The notes under the pieces were generated by a model, which saw only the letters and a program-made list of their open reading frames with translations, ran no database searches and had not been told where the DNA came from. Both the position numbers and the translations under genes were made by a program. From Phoronis australis (lineage: Eukaryota > Animalia > Phoronida), in the NCBI GenBank assembly GCA_002633005.1, contig NMRA01000179.1, positions 152,252 to 216,251 on the forward strand: DNA of 64,000 bases. Direction: 5' to 3'. Shown piece by piece: positions 22,217-35,050 of the stretch (within the stretch, counting starts at the first letter, position 1; every line of letters begins with the position of its first letter).

Positions 22217-25017
22217 CCCAGGCCTGACTTTTAGTGTTCACCCTGTTGCCACTCTTCAGTCTGCTGTCGCCACCAATCGCCCCCCCCCACAAGGTTCTGT
22301 CATATTAAGATCGACAACTTCGTTTAGTAACTTGGACTAAAACGTTTTAACGGTGCTTTTTGCTTCATCATTACTTACTTTGGTACCTGCGGTATTTGTA
22401 TACATGTACATGCTGTCACACAAATGCGTTTCTCAGTCTGTGATTGGCTAATGCTGTTGTTTTCAGCGCCCTCTATTTTTCAACATATGGAACAGTTTAA
22501 TTCGCATGAACTTCGTTTTTACGGGAAATGTCCAAATTAAAGAGTGTAATTTTTAAAATAATCAATTGTACATACTTATTAAACAGAGAAGAAAGGAGTG
22601 AATTGCCAGTTGAAAGTAGTCACGAAATTTTCTCGTTCAGCTCAGTATCCACTGACCACTGATGTGATCGACAGCGCGTTAGCCGCCAGCGTCTTCACTG
22701 AATTAGTCACAAGTAACCGAGCCTACGCTAAACATTCACTGTAAATACATGTAATAAATGTTTCGACTTGGAATTCATTCCCACATTTTGCGTCTCGTGT
22801 TCGTGGTGTGAGTATTATCTGACAGCTTTAGTGCACCCCGTGGAGGGGAAGAAAGATGGTGTGGATTGTTGCGTGAACATGCGCGCACCCAGGGGGGGGG
22901 GGAGGGAGGGGGCGCAAAAGGTCTCCCTCGGAGAAAGAAACAAAAACTCCGAAAGAATAGAAATCGAGACAAATGTCCACTAAAATGGCAGGAACTACCA
23001 AAATTCGGCGAATGCACAATTCTGGCTCTGAACATACATGTACCCCGTGAAGTTAGTAAAAGGTCATATTCTCAAAAATTTGAGCCCCTTCATTTTTAAG
23101 GTGGGTGCGCGCATGCTGAACTTTCGGTATGTTTTAAGTTTCACGGATTGATTTATGGATTGTTGGAAACATGTACTCTGCGTTGCACCAATAAACAGTT
23201 GCCATTCACTAATTCAGCGCCATTTATGTTTCCTCAACTAGCGTTCTTCTACACTACACCTTAATTTGATGTTTTTAACAATGTTCTTTTGAATGTTATG
23301 TAGGCACTACTTAGTTCTACCCCTGACGCCGTCGTGAATTCATAACAACGTGTAGAGCAAACGACCTGCCGATGTGCATGCAAAATTTGGGGGTCAACGG
23401 ACGCTCACCATTGCTGACGTTCATGTTTAAACTGATCAAGTGTGGTGCCCCCGCGTGCTCGTGATTTTGTTTTTTCATCCACGGTTGTTTTTTGCCTGAA
23501 TCCTTTGTAGATCTCTGAAATATGAAGTGTTTTCCTGGAAATGTTACTATTATGAACCCGTGCCTGGGTTTCTATAGTGTCTTACAATGTTATTTTACTT
23601 TTCTCCAATTCAAGCACATTCTAGAACCTTCCGGAACCTACTCAATCATTCTAAAATCTTACACTAGGCTTTACAATGTTCCAGACTACGGTTTAATTTT
23701 AATCACTAATATACTGGAATCTATGATAATAAATGTCTATTATTGTATTGTAAACAAACTGCGTTATCATTGTCCTGACCTCATGGGTCAAGTGCTTTCT
23801 GCTAGTAATAAAATTTACAGAACAATAATCAGTACCCGTATACTTATGAGGGTGACAACGGATTTCCACGACTCTTTGTAGGGTTCTGACTAGTGGCCCC
23901 CTCTGCCACCGTATTTTCAGTGGTTTTCATGAAGTTTGCAATTCCTGTTATGACGATTACAGCATCTTTCCATTTTTGGGATGGAGTCAACATAATCTGC
24001 AGCGCATTCTAGCGGCCATTAAGGAAACATCGTGTTTCTTCGAGACAACCAGCCAGAGATTTAAGTGTTGCATAATTTCAAAGCTTGGATTAGTATCAAT
24101 AATCTCTTTGTTAACTTCTTTCCAATTTTGAGGGATTAAAATATTGATTACCTATTTGAATCAGCACTAATTAGTTGGAGCCAATACTTTTACACTTCAC
24201 GGGCGCATTGCAGTATTGACAGATCCAATCTAAGCTGCATCAGTTTTGTAAGTCTCTAATTTGTGAAGAAGACCTCTCGCATCCTAAAACTGATGTCCAC
24301 TATAGCAACGTACTCTAAGATTAAAACTTATTAAAACGGTTATGGGAAAATAGAGAAATAGGAATTGCTTAAAACATACCTATGTTCGTTCGAATTTTCA
24401 AGGAAGTTATTCTTTGAGCAAAAAGAATATAAACTGTTATCCGAATTGTTCTTTATACTCTCAGAGATTTCTGGGTATCTGAAATGGATGAATGAAGCCA
24501 CAACAGCTACAGATATCCCACATTTTTATTAAAAAGAGAAAAGGAAATCGTTGAGGATAATGACCCGATGTTGGAACAATAAGGGTGCCTTGTTGGTGGT
24601 TAGTCGTGTCAATAATTTTCAATACAATGTTGTCCCCTGGTCCACCTCTATGGCACTATTGTGTGTTAGGATATATTTTCGCTAGTTAGGTTCATTATCG
24701 ACTAACTTACAAAATTTAAATTCCTTTGCAAAATTGTCATAAAACGTTCCAAAGTTGGTGCTGGGAAATACCAAAATATTTTTTGGGTTAAAGTACACTT
24801 ATACAATTGTCTTTTAAAATTGACCAGGCAAACATTATACAAATACCATAGTGTACGTGAATTTCTGTATTTGGAAACGGAAGACTACTGGTTAACACCA
24901 TTGATGTGCACGTATGCACTCACTTGACCAGTTTGTAAACAATCACCCGGTGGCGCGACTGTCTGGTTCACAAGTCAAACCCGGGATCCAACGCTTATCC
25001 CTGTAGCCCTACAGACT

Positions 25018-25170
25018 CAACCCTAACCAACCACAGAACTTTTCTAATTACATGTATATCCCTACTACACGCAGGCCTAACCCTGGACCTTATTATAGGC
25101 TTAAGCCCTAAACCTACCTAACACTAACTCTATTCGTATCCCTAACACAAGGTCCAGCCTTAACCTTAGA
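25018..25170 (+). repeat. Degenerate (CCTAAC/TAACCC)-like simple repeat
   Basis: Scattered aaccctaacc, cctaaccct, cctaaacctacctaac and ccttaacctta units. Confidence 0.45.
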
Positions 25171-26069
25171 AAAGTAACTTTAGAAGAATCAAGACAGAAA
25201 TTTGATCTTGCGTTTCACACAACTGTTTCTGAAAATATTTAAATCTCAACCGCTTTCATGTGTACGTGAGCCATGCTGTTTGTGAATTCTGAAAGGCTGG
25301 CTTCAAGGGCTTGTTTTACGAAAAGTGACTTTTAAAGACTTCAAAAAATTTGGTCTTCCCTTTGGCGCCTTCTTAGAAATATATAAATCTCATTTGAGCT
25401 AAAGTGCTGTCTCATACGTATATGCACATGACTGCTAGATAGTGAAATAATTTCTATAAATTGCTTCTAGACTGTGATACGCTCAGTAATTAATTGGCTC
25501 AACATTTATTCAGCAATTGTGAACAAATTTCTGTAAAAGACTTAAAACACTTTCATGAGGCGTACCCCAGATTGCATGACACACTTCTGAGGGGAAATCT
25601 TGAGGCCACATTTATATATATGCAAGGTGTTCCGATTACAAAACAAGTCTGGCGCGAGAGCGAAAATAGTAAAAAATAGCCACAACGATTTCGCCAAAAG
25701 TCGTTTTTATGTGTATATTGCAGTCACTCTGTCCAGAGTCCGTTTGTCTGGCGTCTGCTGTTGTATCTCCTTGAGCCCTTGTACTGAGAAGAGCGCAACG
25801 GACATTTTCGGACAGCTCCGGGTACTGTTGCGCCACCTAGAGGTAGTTTTTTGCGTCTGCGACTGTATCTCTTAAAAAGCCTTACATGATTTTTACGGAA
25901 TGTAGTATTCCTACGAACGAGACAACAGATGCCGACTTTCGGACAGACTTGACCTACGCCTTGTCTTCTAGTGCCAATTTTATTTTGTACGTTTGTCTTT
26001 CATCTCCGGAGTTCCTTGACGAATTTTTATGAAATTTGGAAAATAAGTAGTCAGTTTAGGATATGAACA

Positions 26070-26365
26070 TGTAGGACCTTATCGACTTGTCGTGTATTTA
26101 GTCAAGTATGTACAAAACTGTACTTTTTAACTCAGTAGAAGTATGTATTTTCTGGAACTTGAAAGCCTAAGTTTGATATTTGACTATTTGTCAATCTGCT
26201 GTTATTTGTATCACGTGACCATATCTTTCTGGTAAAATTTAGCAAAAGAGAAAGGGGTAGCAACAGCAAAACAACGATATCAATAACATGACCAAATTTC
26301 GTTGGATATAAACTTTCAAGACGAAATCTTAAAAACGTTGTTACAGTTTTCTAAATTGTCATTTC
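26070..26365 (+). repeat. Old interspersed repeat; inverted homolog at 52140-52442
   Basis: tgtaggaccttatc...ttttaactcagtagaagtatgtattttctg...taaaatttagcaaaa...agcaaaacaacgatat aligns by eye to the reverse complement of 52140-52442 with many substitutions. Confidence 0.6.
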
Positions 26366-26483
26366 TTTTGTAATTTAAGCAATTTTTTATAAAAAGTATA
26401 AATATCATATTTTGATTGCACCTAATGCAAAAGTGAAGGTTTTAAGACCAATTCCTTATGGCGTGTTCGAGAACAGTGTATAA

Positions 26484-26640
26484 ATATAGATTATTGCATG
26501 GCGAAGTCGTTATCCCCCGTTATCTAGAGCCCGAGTGGATTTTGGAGAATTATCGCCTGAGGGACGTTAGCCCCGAGGGTGATAATTCTCCAAAATCCAC
26601 GAGGGCTCTAGATAAGGGGGATAACGACTGAGAACATGTA
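26484..26640 (+). mobile_element. Solo terminal hairpin of the hairpin-capped element (copy 4)
   Basis: Near-identical to 824-978 and stops at gagaacatgta with no body. Confidence 0.85.
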
Positions 26641-29600
26641 CAATTTAAAAATTAATGAACCACTATGCGAATTTTGTCGATCTAATTTGAGTCGGGATCA
26701 AGCGGAAGTCGCATTCTCACTCTCATTACTCGAGAGCGCCCATATGTGGCCGGACCTATTATTCTGGCTCCTCCTAGTGGGTGTTTTTTTTTTTTTGCGT
26801 CCGTGGCTAACGCCTTGAAGAATCTTTAGGAAACTTGGCATTCCTATGAAAGTGTCAAAGAATGTTAAAGACGCCTGGAACGAGAAAAACAGACCGAATT
26901 GCATTTTTCAGTGGTTCTCTCCATTGAAACAAAACTCAATGGAAAATGTGTCCATTGACCTCCGATGTAAACAAAACAATGCCGACTTGAGCAGCAATCA
27001 GTCCGATTGAGAGATGTCACACCTAACTGTTTAACATTATTTTTAAACATATTGTTGCATTCCAAAGTGTACTTAGAACTATTTTTGGAAATTTGCTTAC
27101 TTCAATGGCTGTGTTGTTGACCTCAGACTCGGAGTGGTATCGTGTATCATAATCTGCCGTTAATATCCATCTTGTTGTTCAGCTGTTTGTCGAATGACTT
27201 TGAGAGCATGTGCACCTTTATCCAAATGGGATAGAAATTAGAAACTCTATGGTGACAACAGAATTTTTCCTTGGCACACGTTCCAAAATCGTGAATTTTG
27301 CGGTTTTCTCTCGAAATTCCCTCACAGTACAAATTGAATAGCTCTGTGGTGGACGCGGTACTTTATTCAGGATTTGTTTAAAAGACATTTTTGACAGGGT
27401 TTCACGTTCCGTGCCGCTTTAAAGATCTTGGACAGATCTGGCTACCTACTGCGCCCCCTAGTGGTAATTTTAGTTGTTAAAGTTTTTCATTGTATTTTTG
27501 GAGTTCTGGGACGGATTTCCATAAACGTGGCTAATAGATATTCACCAGGGAGGCGTCATCACTCTCGTGTTTTCGAATGGACACGATATTTGCCATCGAC
27601 CACCTAGTGACCGTTTTTGTACTAGTTTCGAGTATGCTTTCTAGTGTTCGCTCCTTTACCCGAAAAAACTGCTCAAAGAATCATCAAGAAAATCGACAGA
27701 GATTTTCATACTGGGAAGAGAATGGCTGTCTTTAGCCGTAATTTTAGACGGTTGCCCCAAGCGACATTGTTTGCTTCCACGACTGTACAGTGTATCTCCA
27801 AAATCCCTTTCTGAACCCAGTCTTTGTGAAATTTGACAAGTGTACAACTATGAGTGTGACACCAGATGACGGCGTCTTCTAGAAGTATTTGACTACCTCT
27901 GTACTCTCCTAGTAGCAAGTTTAATAATCTTTTACGTTTTCCTCTCTATTCTCAGACTTCCCTGGCGGATTTTCATGAACTTAGGCAAATAGGATTCTGT
28001 TAATGACGCGATGACGCCTTCCCATCACTTTCCAACATATTTTAAACACCTTAGTTTCCATTTTCATAACTCTGAGTTGTTTTTTGGCATCCACCCCTTT
28101 GTCAGCCAAACCACTCCAAGGATCATTGTTAAATCTGGGATACGTTTTTCTACAGAGAAGAGTACGAATGAACAGGACCGAGTACTGTGGCGCTCCCTAG
28201 TGACAATTTTGATTTTTCGCATGTAGTTCAACTTGAGATGTTTCACGCTCCATGCTGGATCTTCGGTATACGCACCTTTTTGGGATAATACCACTGACCT
28301 GGGATTTATGATAACTTCAGCTTCTACAGAATTCCCGGTGTCAATTTTGATTGCTGATGGAACTTATTTTATTTTGATTTGTATGCGAAATTTATCTGTC
28401 CTTCAAAATAAGCAAGTGCATGGTTTAAACATTTTCATAAAAACATTCACATTTGTTCCAAATCCAAAAAATGTCATGTAACAAGAAAACGAGACATATT
28501 TTGTTAGTTACTTAGGAAACGAAAACAACGAAATGTGGATAGAGTTTTTATTTCACGTTGACGTTAATTTCTAGATTTTCCACCGTAAGGTCAATATGCG
28601 TGACAAACCAGGTTCACAAACAAGTCAATTCCAGAACCAGCTCTCTTTTCACGTAGAACACACAAACAGGGTTTTGTCACAGCCAATGATATACAGTGTA
28701 TATGACCCCATAATAATATGCGCGACGATTAACATTTGAAAGAGACAGAGATGACGTGGTTTTTCAGGATCTATGTATATTTTACATTTTTCCAGAGATG
28801 CCTTTGTTTAAGTGTCTGTAACGGTAAAACTAATTTGGTCGCTCCCATAGATTCTTTTAGATTTCTAGTGAGCAAGCACGAAAGTACAAAATTTGAAAAT
28901 TAAAAAAATCTGCGAGTATGTATGAAAATCGACAACCGAGAACATACATGTAGTCGTGCGTTTAATGAATTGTGTCTTCTGCCATTCACGTGGACATACA
29001 GTATAGGTAGAATTGTCCCTTCGCTGTACACCGTACACAAATAAACCATTTCTTGAATATGGTGCATGCACGCGGACAACTTTCTTAGATACCCGTTACA
29101 TGTAAAATTATATAACTAAGATGCGCTTAGGTGAAAAAGGTCAAATTGCTCAGAATTTTATATTTCATTTTGCTTGTTCAGCATGTAAAATAGTTGTTAT
29201 TACACAGGTGAATAATTATGTAATTGGATACGTTAGGGCTTCAGAGAGAAACAAAGTTTTTACTGAGACTGTGTCGACTGTCCTTCTCATTTCCGGAACA
29301 TCTATCAATTTACATATTGCACTTTTCATAAGCACGTGACGAATAACTATCTTATCGTCTAGTGGTCGACAACGTTTCGAAGCAAAAAACAGTTCGCACG
29401 CGATATTACAACATTGTAGTTTCTTTCGCAATTTTCAGTAAAACTGATGAAATTTTAAGTATTTCAGGAAGTTCTATGTGTCGAAAACCAATTAAAAATA
29501 TTGCTGAGATAAAACGCTTTTTTTCTGAAGAAGGAGATCCATGATAATCACTATTCTAAATTTCGGCGCCGACCAGAAAATAATACGGGATACGTTGAAA

Positions 29601-29973
29601 CTTTGACGAATTCAACTTTGGAAGGTTGTCTCACACGAGACAAAAATTTTGTCTCTTGTGAAACAACGTGACTTCCCTGCGAGCGCTGTTTAGGTAACAC
29701 GACTGTTACATTCGGACCTCACTAAATGGCGAAGGTTGAATGTACATGTAATGTAGTGATTTTGTGGCGATCGCCAAAATAAGGCAAGTTGACACTTTTT
29801 TGTTTTCTATGGTTATACTGTGCTCGGAATGAGACTAATAAATTTTATCTGAATCGTTTCATTTTTTTCTCAGCACATAAGACATTTGTTTCTGATCCGC
29901 CGATATAGCGCTCAGACTTTGGTGTGTTCAGGTCTAGCGTCTCGCATTCGCAGTATACATACAGGTGTAGGTT

Positions 29974-32379
29974 TCATTTGCATTTCAGTTTTTTGCAGGC
30001 TACACAGACAGCCCCAAGTAAAAGAACCACACCTAAACAACTAGCACTTACGACCAAGCCGGCAAGATTTCCAACATAGCCGCCTGCTCTCTGGGAAGAA
30101 AGTGGAATTTGCTCGTGCACTTTCCTCATAGTGGTTCCCAATTTGTTTTTGGCTTCACAGAGTATCTCGTTGTTTTGACTGTGAAACTGCCTTCCTGACA
30201 TTTCAACGGTAGCCACAGTGACCAGGTCCGAGGGCCGCGTGGGGGTGATGTCGTAGCGTCCCCAGAAGCGTGAGCTCAGTGTGACAGTCGGCGGAGGATC
30301 TCCGTGAGAGGAACAGGATACGGTAACATTATGATTGTCAGAAACAGAAATGCTGACGTTAGGTTCCGATGGTTTTGAACAGGTTAACGACAGGCGGGAA
30401 AACTCATCAACATTTGGTCCTGAATTAAAAGGCGAATGACAGGCCGGTATGCTCCATGAACTATTTCCGTCGTCGTTCTGCAAGATAAACTCTTGCAGTA
30501 CCTTCAAGTGACAGTTGCAATGAATGGGTGTGTTGGATATACCAATATTCATCAATGGATATCTTTTAATGTACTTGGTAAGAAGAGACTTCGGCAGTTT
30601 TTGAAGTGGGTTTCCATCAACGGAAAAGGAGTTCAAATTACCACTGTCGGTCAGAAAGTCATCATCTATAGCCGTGATCGAATTTTGTGACAATCGGAGT
30701 TCTGTGAGTTTAGAAAGGGATCGGAAAATATTTTTTAAAATATACTGAATACTATTTCTAGAAAGATCCAACGTGTTGATGTTTTCTAAACTAAAAAAGG
30801 CGCCTTCTTTTATGATCGTAATTTCATTATCTCTGAGATTAAGCATCTTCAATCTTTGCATGGATCCGTTGAATGTGTTCCGGTCAATTGTTTCCAGCTT
30901 GTTACCAGACAGCACAAGGGTATTTAGCGATGCCAGTCCCTGAAAACTATTGTCATAAATCTTTTTGATCTTATTTCCCTCCAGAAAAAGATTTTTTAAG
31001 GAATACAGGTTCTTAAATGCCTCTTGATCGATTCGCTCCAGATGGTTAAACGAAAGATGTATATCCTCGATTTCTGGGAGAACCTGAAATGTGCCTTTAA
31101 GAATATTTTGTAAACGATTTTTATCTAAATTCATCGTTTTTAGATTGTTCAGCCCAATAAACGTCTTATCTGTCAAATGTTTGATGTTGTTTTTGGTCAA
31201 GTCGAGGTTGGTAATTAAAGAATTTTGTAACCCAGTGAAAGAGTTGTCTTCAATGTGCATCAGTTGACAATAGCTTAGATCAATATTGATTGCCCGGATG
31301 TTATTCACCATACGTGCGGTGGCCGTCAACTGCTTGTTACCACCGTAGCGGATAGATAATTTTTCGGCGCGTATTGTACCACGAAGAATTGGTTGAAATG
31401 ACGATTCCACGTGAATCATTACTGTTTTTGCTTCTATATTTGGAACCTCGTTTAAAGAAAATATATCCATGTGAACAGTGTCGAGCGAATTGCTGTGTTT
31501 CAAAGCGTCTCTGTTCACATATTGTGATGAAATGTCCAGATACCACAGTTCTTTTAAGGGTTTAAGATGCAAAGCAGTGAAAACGAACAAAACGTTTCCT
31601 TTTAGATCTAGCTTTCCAAGGTTTTCTAAAGTAGCAAAGGCGTCACTGTGAATTGAGCGTATGTTGTTGTCATTCAGAAACAACTGTTTCAGATTCCGCA
31701 GTTCATGAAGCGTGCCACTCTTCAGGATAGACAGTTTATTGTTGGTCAGTTCTAGACTTTCTAACATTTTGTGCTCCGCCCAATTGCAATTCACATCACT
31801 TATCATGTTATGTGTCAGGGACAATTGGGTAAGAGAACGCAAACCAAAGAACGTCAAATTACCCAGCACGTTTAGCTGGTTGTGAGCAAGGCTCAACGAT
31901 TCCAGTAGAAACAAATCTTTGAACGCCATATCTTCTACGTGCTTAATACGATTTCTTCCGAGGTCAAGTCGCTTCAACTCATTTTGTCCTTCAAGTGACG
32001 TTGCCTTGATTTTTAGTAGTTTGTTGTTATTCAACATCAACTGGATCGTGGACGCGCTTAGAAATTGATCGGGTATGTGCCTGATATCACTGTCGGATAT
32101 TTTAATAGAATGAGGCTGGGGGTAATTGGCAAAGAACAACGCAACATCCTCCATCTTTACAAATCGGCAACTTTGGAAGGAATTGGAGGGAGATCTAGGC
32201 CAACTCTCTAAGAACGCTTTGTCGATGACACCGTCTTCGGTAGGACAGCCGTCGAGGTATTGAACACTAGTTAACCAAAGAGCAATCAAAAAATAAGTGA
32301 AATTATCTCCCATTCTGCTTAAGCTAGAGCACAACATTACACGGCCTGTCCTCCGTGGATGCTCTTTCATAATCTCCAT
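29974..32379 (-). CDS. Single-exon LRR-Ig-transmembrane (LIG-type) receptor, ~780-800 aa, paralog of 18914-21631
   Basis: Uninterrupted 801-aa ORF; the likely start is M23 (ATG at 32313), just before the signal peptide FTYFLIALWLTSV. It has two LRR blocks, an LRRCT (TPIHCNCHLKVL), an Ig-like domain (VTVSCSSHGDPPP...ILCEAKNKLG), a TM helix and the tail CKKLKCK. Confidence 0.93.
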   Translation of the reverse strand: MEIMKEHPRRTGRVMLCSSLSRMGDNFTYFLIALWLTSVQYLDGCPTEDGVIDKAFLESWPRSPSNSFQSCRFVKMEDVALFFANYPQPHSIKISDSDIRHIPDQFLSASTIQLMLNNNKLLKIKATSLEGQNELKRLDLGRNRIKHVEDMAFKDLFLLESLSLAHNQLNVLGNLTFFGLRSLTQLSLTHNMISDVNCNWAEHKMLESLELTNNKLSILKSGTLHELRNLKQLFLNDNNIRSIHSDAFATLENLGKLDLKGNVLFVFTALHLKPLKELWYLDISSQYVNRDALKHSNSLDTVHMDIFSLNEVPNIEAKTVMIHVESSFQPILRGTIRAEKLSIRYGGNKQLTATARMVNNIRAINIDLSYCQLMHIEDNSFTGLQNSLITNLDLTKNNIKHLTDKTFIGLNNLKTMNLDKNRLQNILKGTFQVLPEIEDIHLSFNHLERIDQEAFKNLYSLKNLFLEGNKIKKIYDNSFQGLASLNTLVLSGNKLETIDRNTFNGSMQRLKMLNLRDNEITIIKEGAFFSLENINTLDLSRNSIQYILKNIFRSLSKLTELRLSQNSITAIDDDFLTDSGNLNSFSVDGNPLQKLPKSLLTKYIKRYPLMNIGISNTPIHCNCHLKVLQEFILQNDDGNSSWSIPACHSPFNSGPNVDEFSRLSLTCSKPSEPNVSISVSDNHNVTVSCSSHGDPPPTVTLSSRFWGRYDITPTRPSDLVTVATVEMSGRQFHSQNNEILCEAKNKLGTTMRKVHEQIPLSSQRAGGYVGNLAGLVVSASCLGVVLLLGAVCVACKKLKCK

Positions 32380-35044
32380 ACCGACTACTGTCCGTCACTT
32401 CTTGAAAGCAAGCTCGAACATTCTGTGGAAGCGTGTGTTAGCTCTGGTGGCATCTGTTTGTTTTCTGGAAACGTCTCTGTCATTATATGTAGATAACCAC
32501 GCCAGATGTCGCAAAGGTATATATTTCTTGGTTTTGTTCCAATCAGATGTCAGAAGTCATGTTCCCGCTTCTAATGATATCCGACATGTTGCGGATTATG
32601 CAAATTATTAAACGAAGCGTCCGTGCATTGGCTAGGTAACCTCACCACTGCCGTGCTTTGGATTCTACAGATTCATTTCCTGAGTCACACTAATTACTAC
32701 TCTAGATAATCTCTAAACCATGACAAAATAACGGATTATATAATGGGGAAGCCGATGAAAACTCAGTTGGAAAGAAAAAGTTCAGTGAAAAAATAAAGTC
32801 TACGTTGTAGCAACAAATCGTTGAATTGTCCAGATTGAGAATGAATATCCAAAATCAGTTAAGACTCGAGTCTCAGCCTTCTTGGATTTTTCACATTTAC
32901 AACACTCAATACTGCATAAAATGACTTCCTGGAGAACTGTGTGTACAAGTATAGGAAACAATCTGTATATAAAATGCGGCTAGAAAACACCACCATTGGC
33001 ACACTTAAACACAAGTGAGCACATATAGAAAACCTTCGTAATTCCAAATATTACGCAATCATTATTTTGCTAGCGAAATGAACAGACTGTGCCATGTTTT
33101 ATTAAGGTAACGATGGCATATTACCATACTCATTTACATAAAATAGACTCGCAAACCGAGACTTTCGCGAGATTGTAATAGTGACTGGTTCTCGAATGGT
33201 TTCCGGCACACCGGAAAATCAGGGGTTGTTTGTAAACTATTGCTTAATTTGCATGTTCACAACTTAATGATACATAGCATCTTTAAAGTGCAAACAGTTC
33301 TTGCGTTTAAAGTTTCTCATTTTCGGGTACTTTGCCGATGAATTCGATAAAAAAGACAAAACATTGAAATTTTGTCATTAATGATTGCCCCAAACATTTT
33401 AGCAGAATATTCCATCACTCTTGGTTGCATTAAACACTTTTTCAAAACACCACATTGCTACCTAGAAATTGCTTTTAAAGTTAAAAGTTCAATTTTAGAT
33501 ATCAAGACCACTTTGATTTTAAATTAAATAAGTGAGGCATTTACTATTTTCCTCTCGATATGACAATTAACGGATGCCAACAACTTCAGGGCAGCTCTGA
33601 CTATTGGTGTGCCCCCTATTAGTTTTACGCACGATTTTCCTCTGTATCTTAGGAGTTCTGCAAATGAGCTTCTACTATGAAAACGTAGCACGTTTCCGGT
33701 TTGGAATGGATTCGACGTATTGTGTACTCCTTCGTGGGAATTTTTATTATTTTCGAGTCGTTTTTGCCGTCTGCCTCTGTCCGCCAAACTGGGCAGGAGA
33801 TCATTATGAAAACGCCTGCACGGTAATGCCAACACAAGTGTGAAGTTTGTAAAACAAGGTTTACATAGGTTTTCTGTTCATTTATTACGAACTAACACCT
33901 GGAAAATCTACGCGGAAAGAGAACTTATAAGGGATTGCCGTTACACAGCAGACATCAAAATGAAATTGTAACAGTTATGATGAAGGGAACATGGAATTTG
34001 AAAAGTTAAGGCAATCGTCCCAGTTAATTTGGAATACTATGCACTTCAAGTTCTTGGGAGGGTCAGCCTTCGTCTACATTTTGTGACCATCATTCACCAG
34101 AGTAGATCGGAGCCGTTCAGTCTCCTGTAAGTATCTGGCCGGTCTTCTTTGCACTCACCTTCTCAGTCTCCAGATGGTGACCAGACTCGCCCACGGGTCG
34201 CCTCCCCAGACTGCCGAACAACGTGTACTGAAAATCGATATTTCGTGAGTCCGCCAAAAGTAGTTCGAGACAATTTACAAGGAAGTGGAGCAGAAATGTG
34301 CAAAATCAAACATAATCGTTTGGCAACGCTTTTGACGTTTAATATTGCAGAACAATGTGGTTTTGTTTCGTTAGAAAATACCGCATGTGGATGCTGGCAT
34401 AAACATAAGGGGATAATAAGATTTGAAGTTAGTAAGATAATACACGCTAGTGTTGGTTTACGAAGTAAACGCTGCCTTTGTCAAAAATTAATTTTAATCT
34501 TGATCAGTTAGTGTTAGAAAATGACCTAATTCAGTTATTCAAGGCAGAAGTAATTCCTGTGTTGGGGAAGATCTGACAGTTCATAGCGGCTAGAGGACCA
34601 GCATGGTCAGTCAGCTGGGTGGACCGTGTGCGGGATCCTGATTAGGACAAAAAAGCGAAGTTGGTTTTGGTCTTTACCCTGGACTCATTTCAAGACCAAC
34701 ACCCACAAATTAAAAAAACAACCGCCCGTATGAATTTCAGTCAGTTTCATATACTTGAAAAAGCAGCAAGTCACGTAAAGACTTTGAAGGTTTAAAAGAA
34801 CTAACATCGTTTTTGCTAGTCTCTGGTGATTTTCTTTATTGGAAAGTGAGCAACTAGCGGCTTCTAGGTAGACTTGCCCGATTTAGGCAGACAGTAAATC
34901 GTCAAAACCGTAATTTCACCTGCGTGAACCGCGACGAGACGAACAGTTCAATTTCGCGAGCCCGTTGTAAATGAAGCAGTCGGTATGTTGCGACTTCAAT
35001 GTTGTTTATCCAGGACCCCAAAACAACACTGTCTGACAAATATA

Positions 35045-35050
35045 TTTATT
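35045..35050 (-). promoter_or_regulatory. Candidate distal poly(A) signal of the SIK gene
   Basis: AATAAA on the minus strand followed by GU/U-rich sequence (revcomp of caaaacaacactgtctgacaaa). This would give a ~3.6-kb terminal exon; other AATAAA hexamers exist nearer the stop. Confidence 0.4.

Noticed and set aside
25018-25170. Interstitial telomere or chromosome fusion site
   Set aside because: Too degenerate and short; more likely part of a repeat element.
18914-32379. Toll-like receptor or VLR-type rearranging locus
   Set aside because: No TIR domain, both ORFs are complete, and no flanking LRR cassette fragments were seen.
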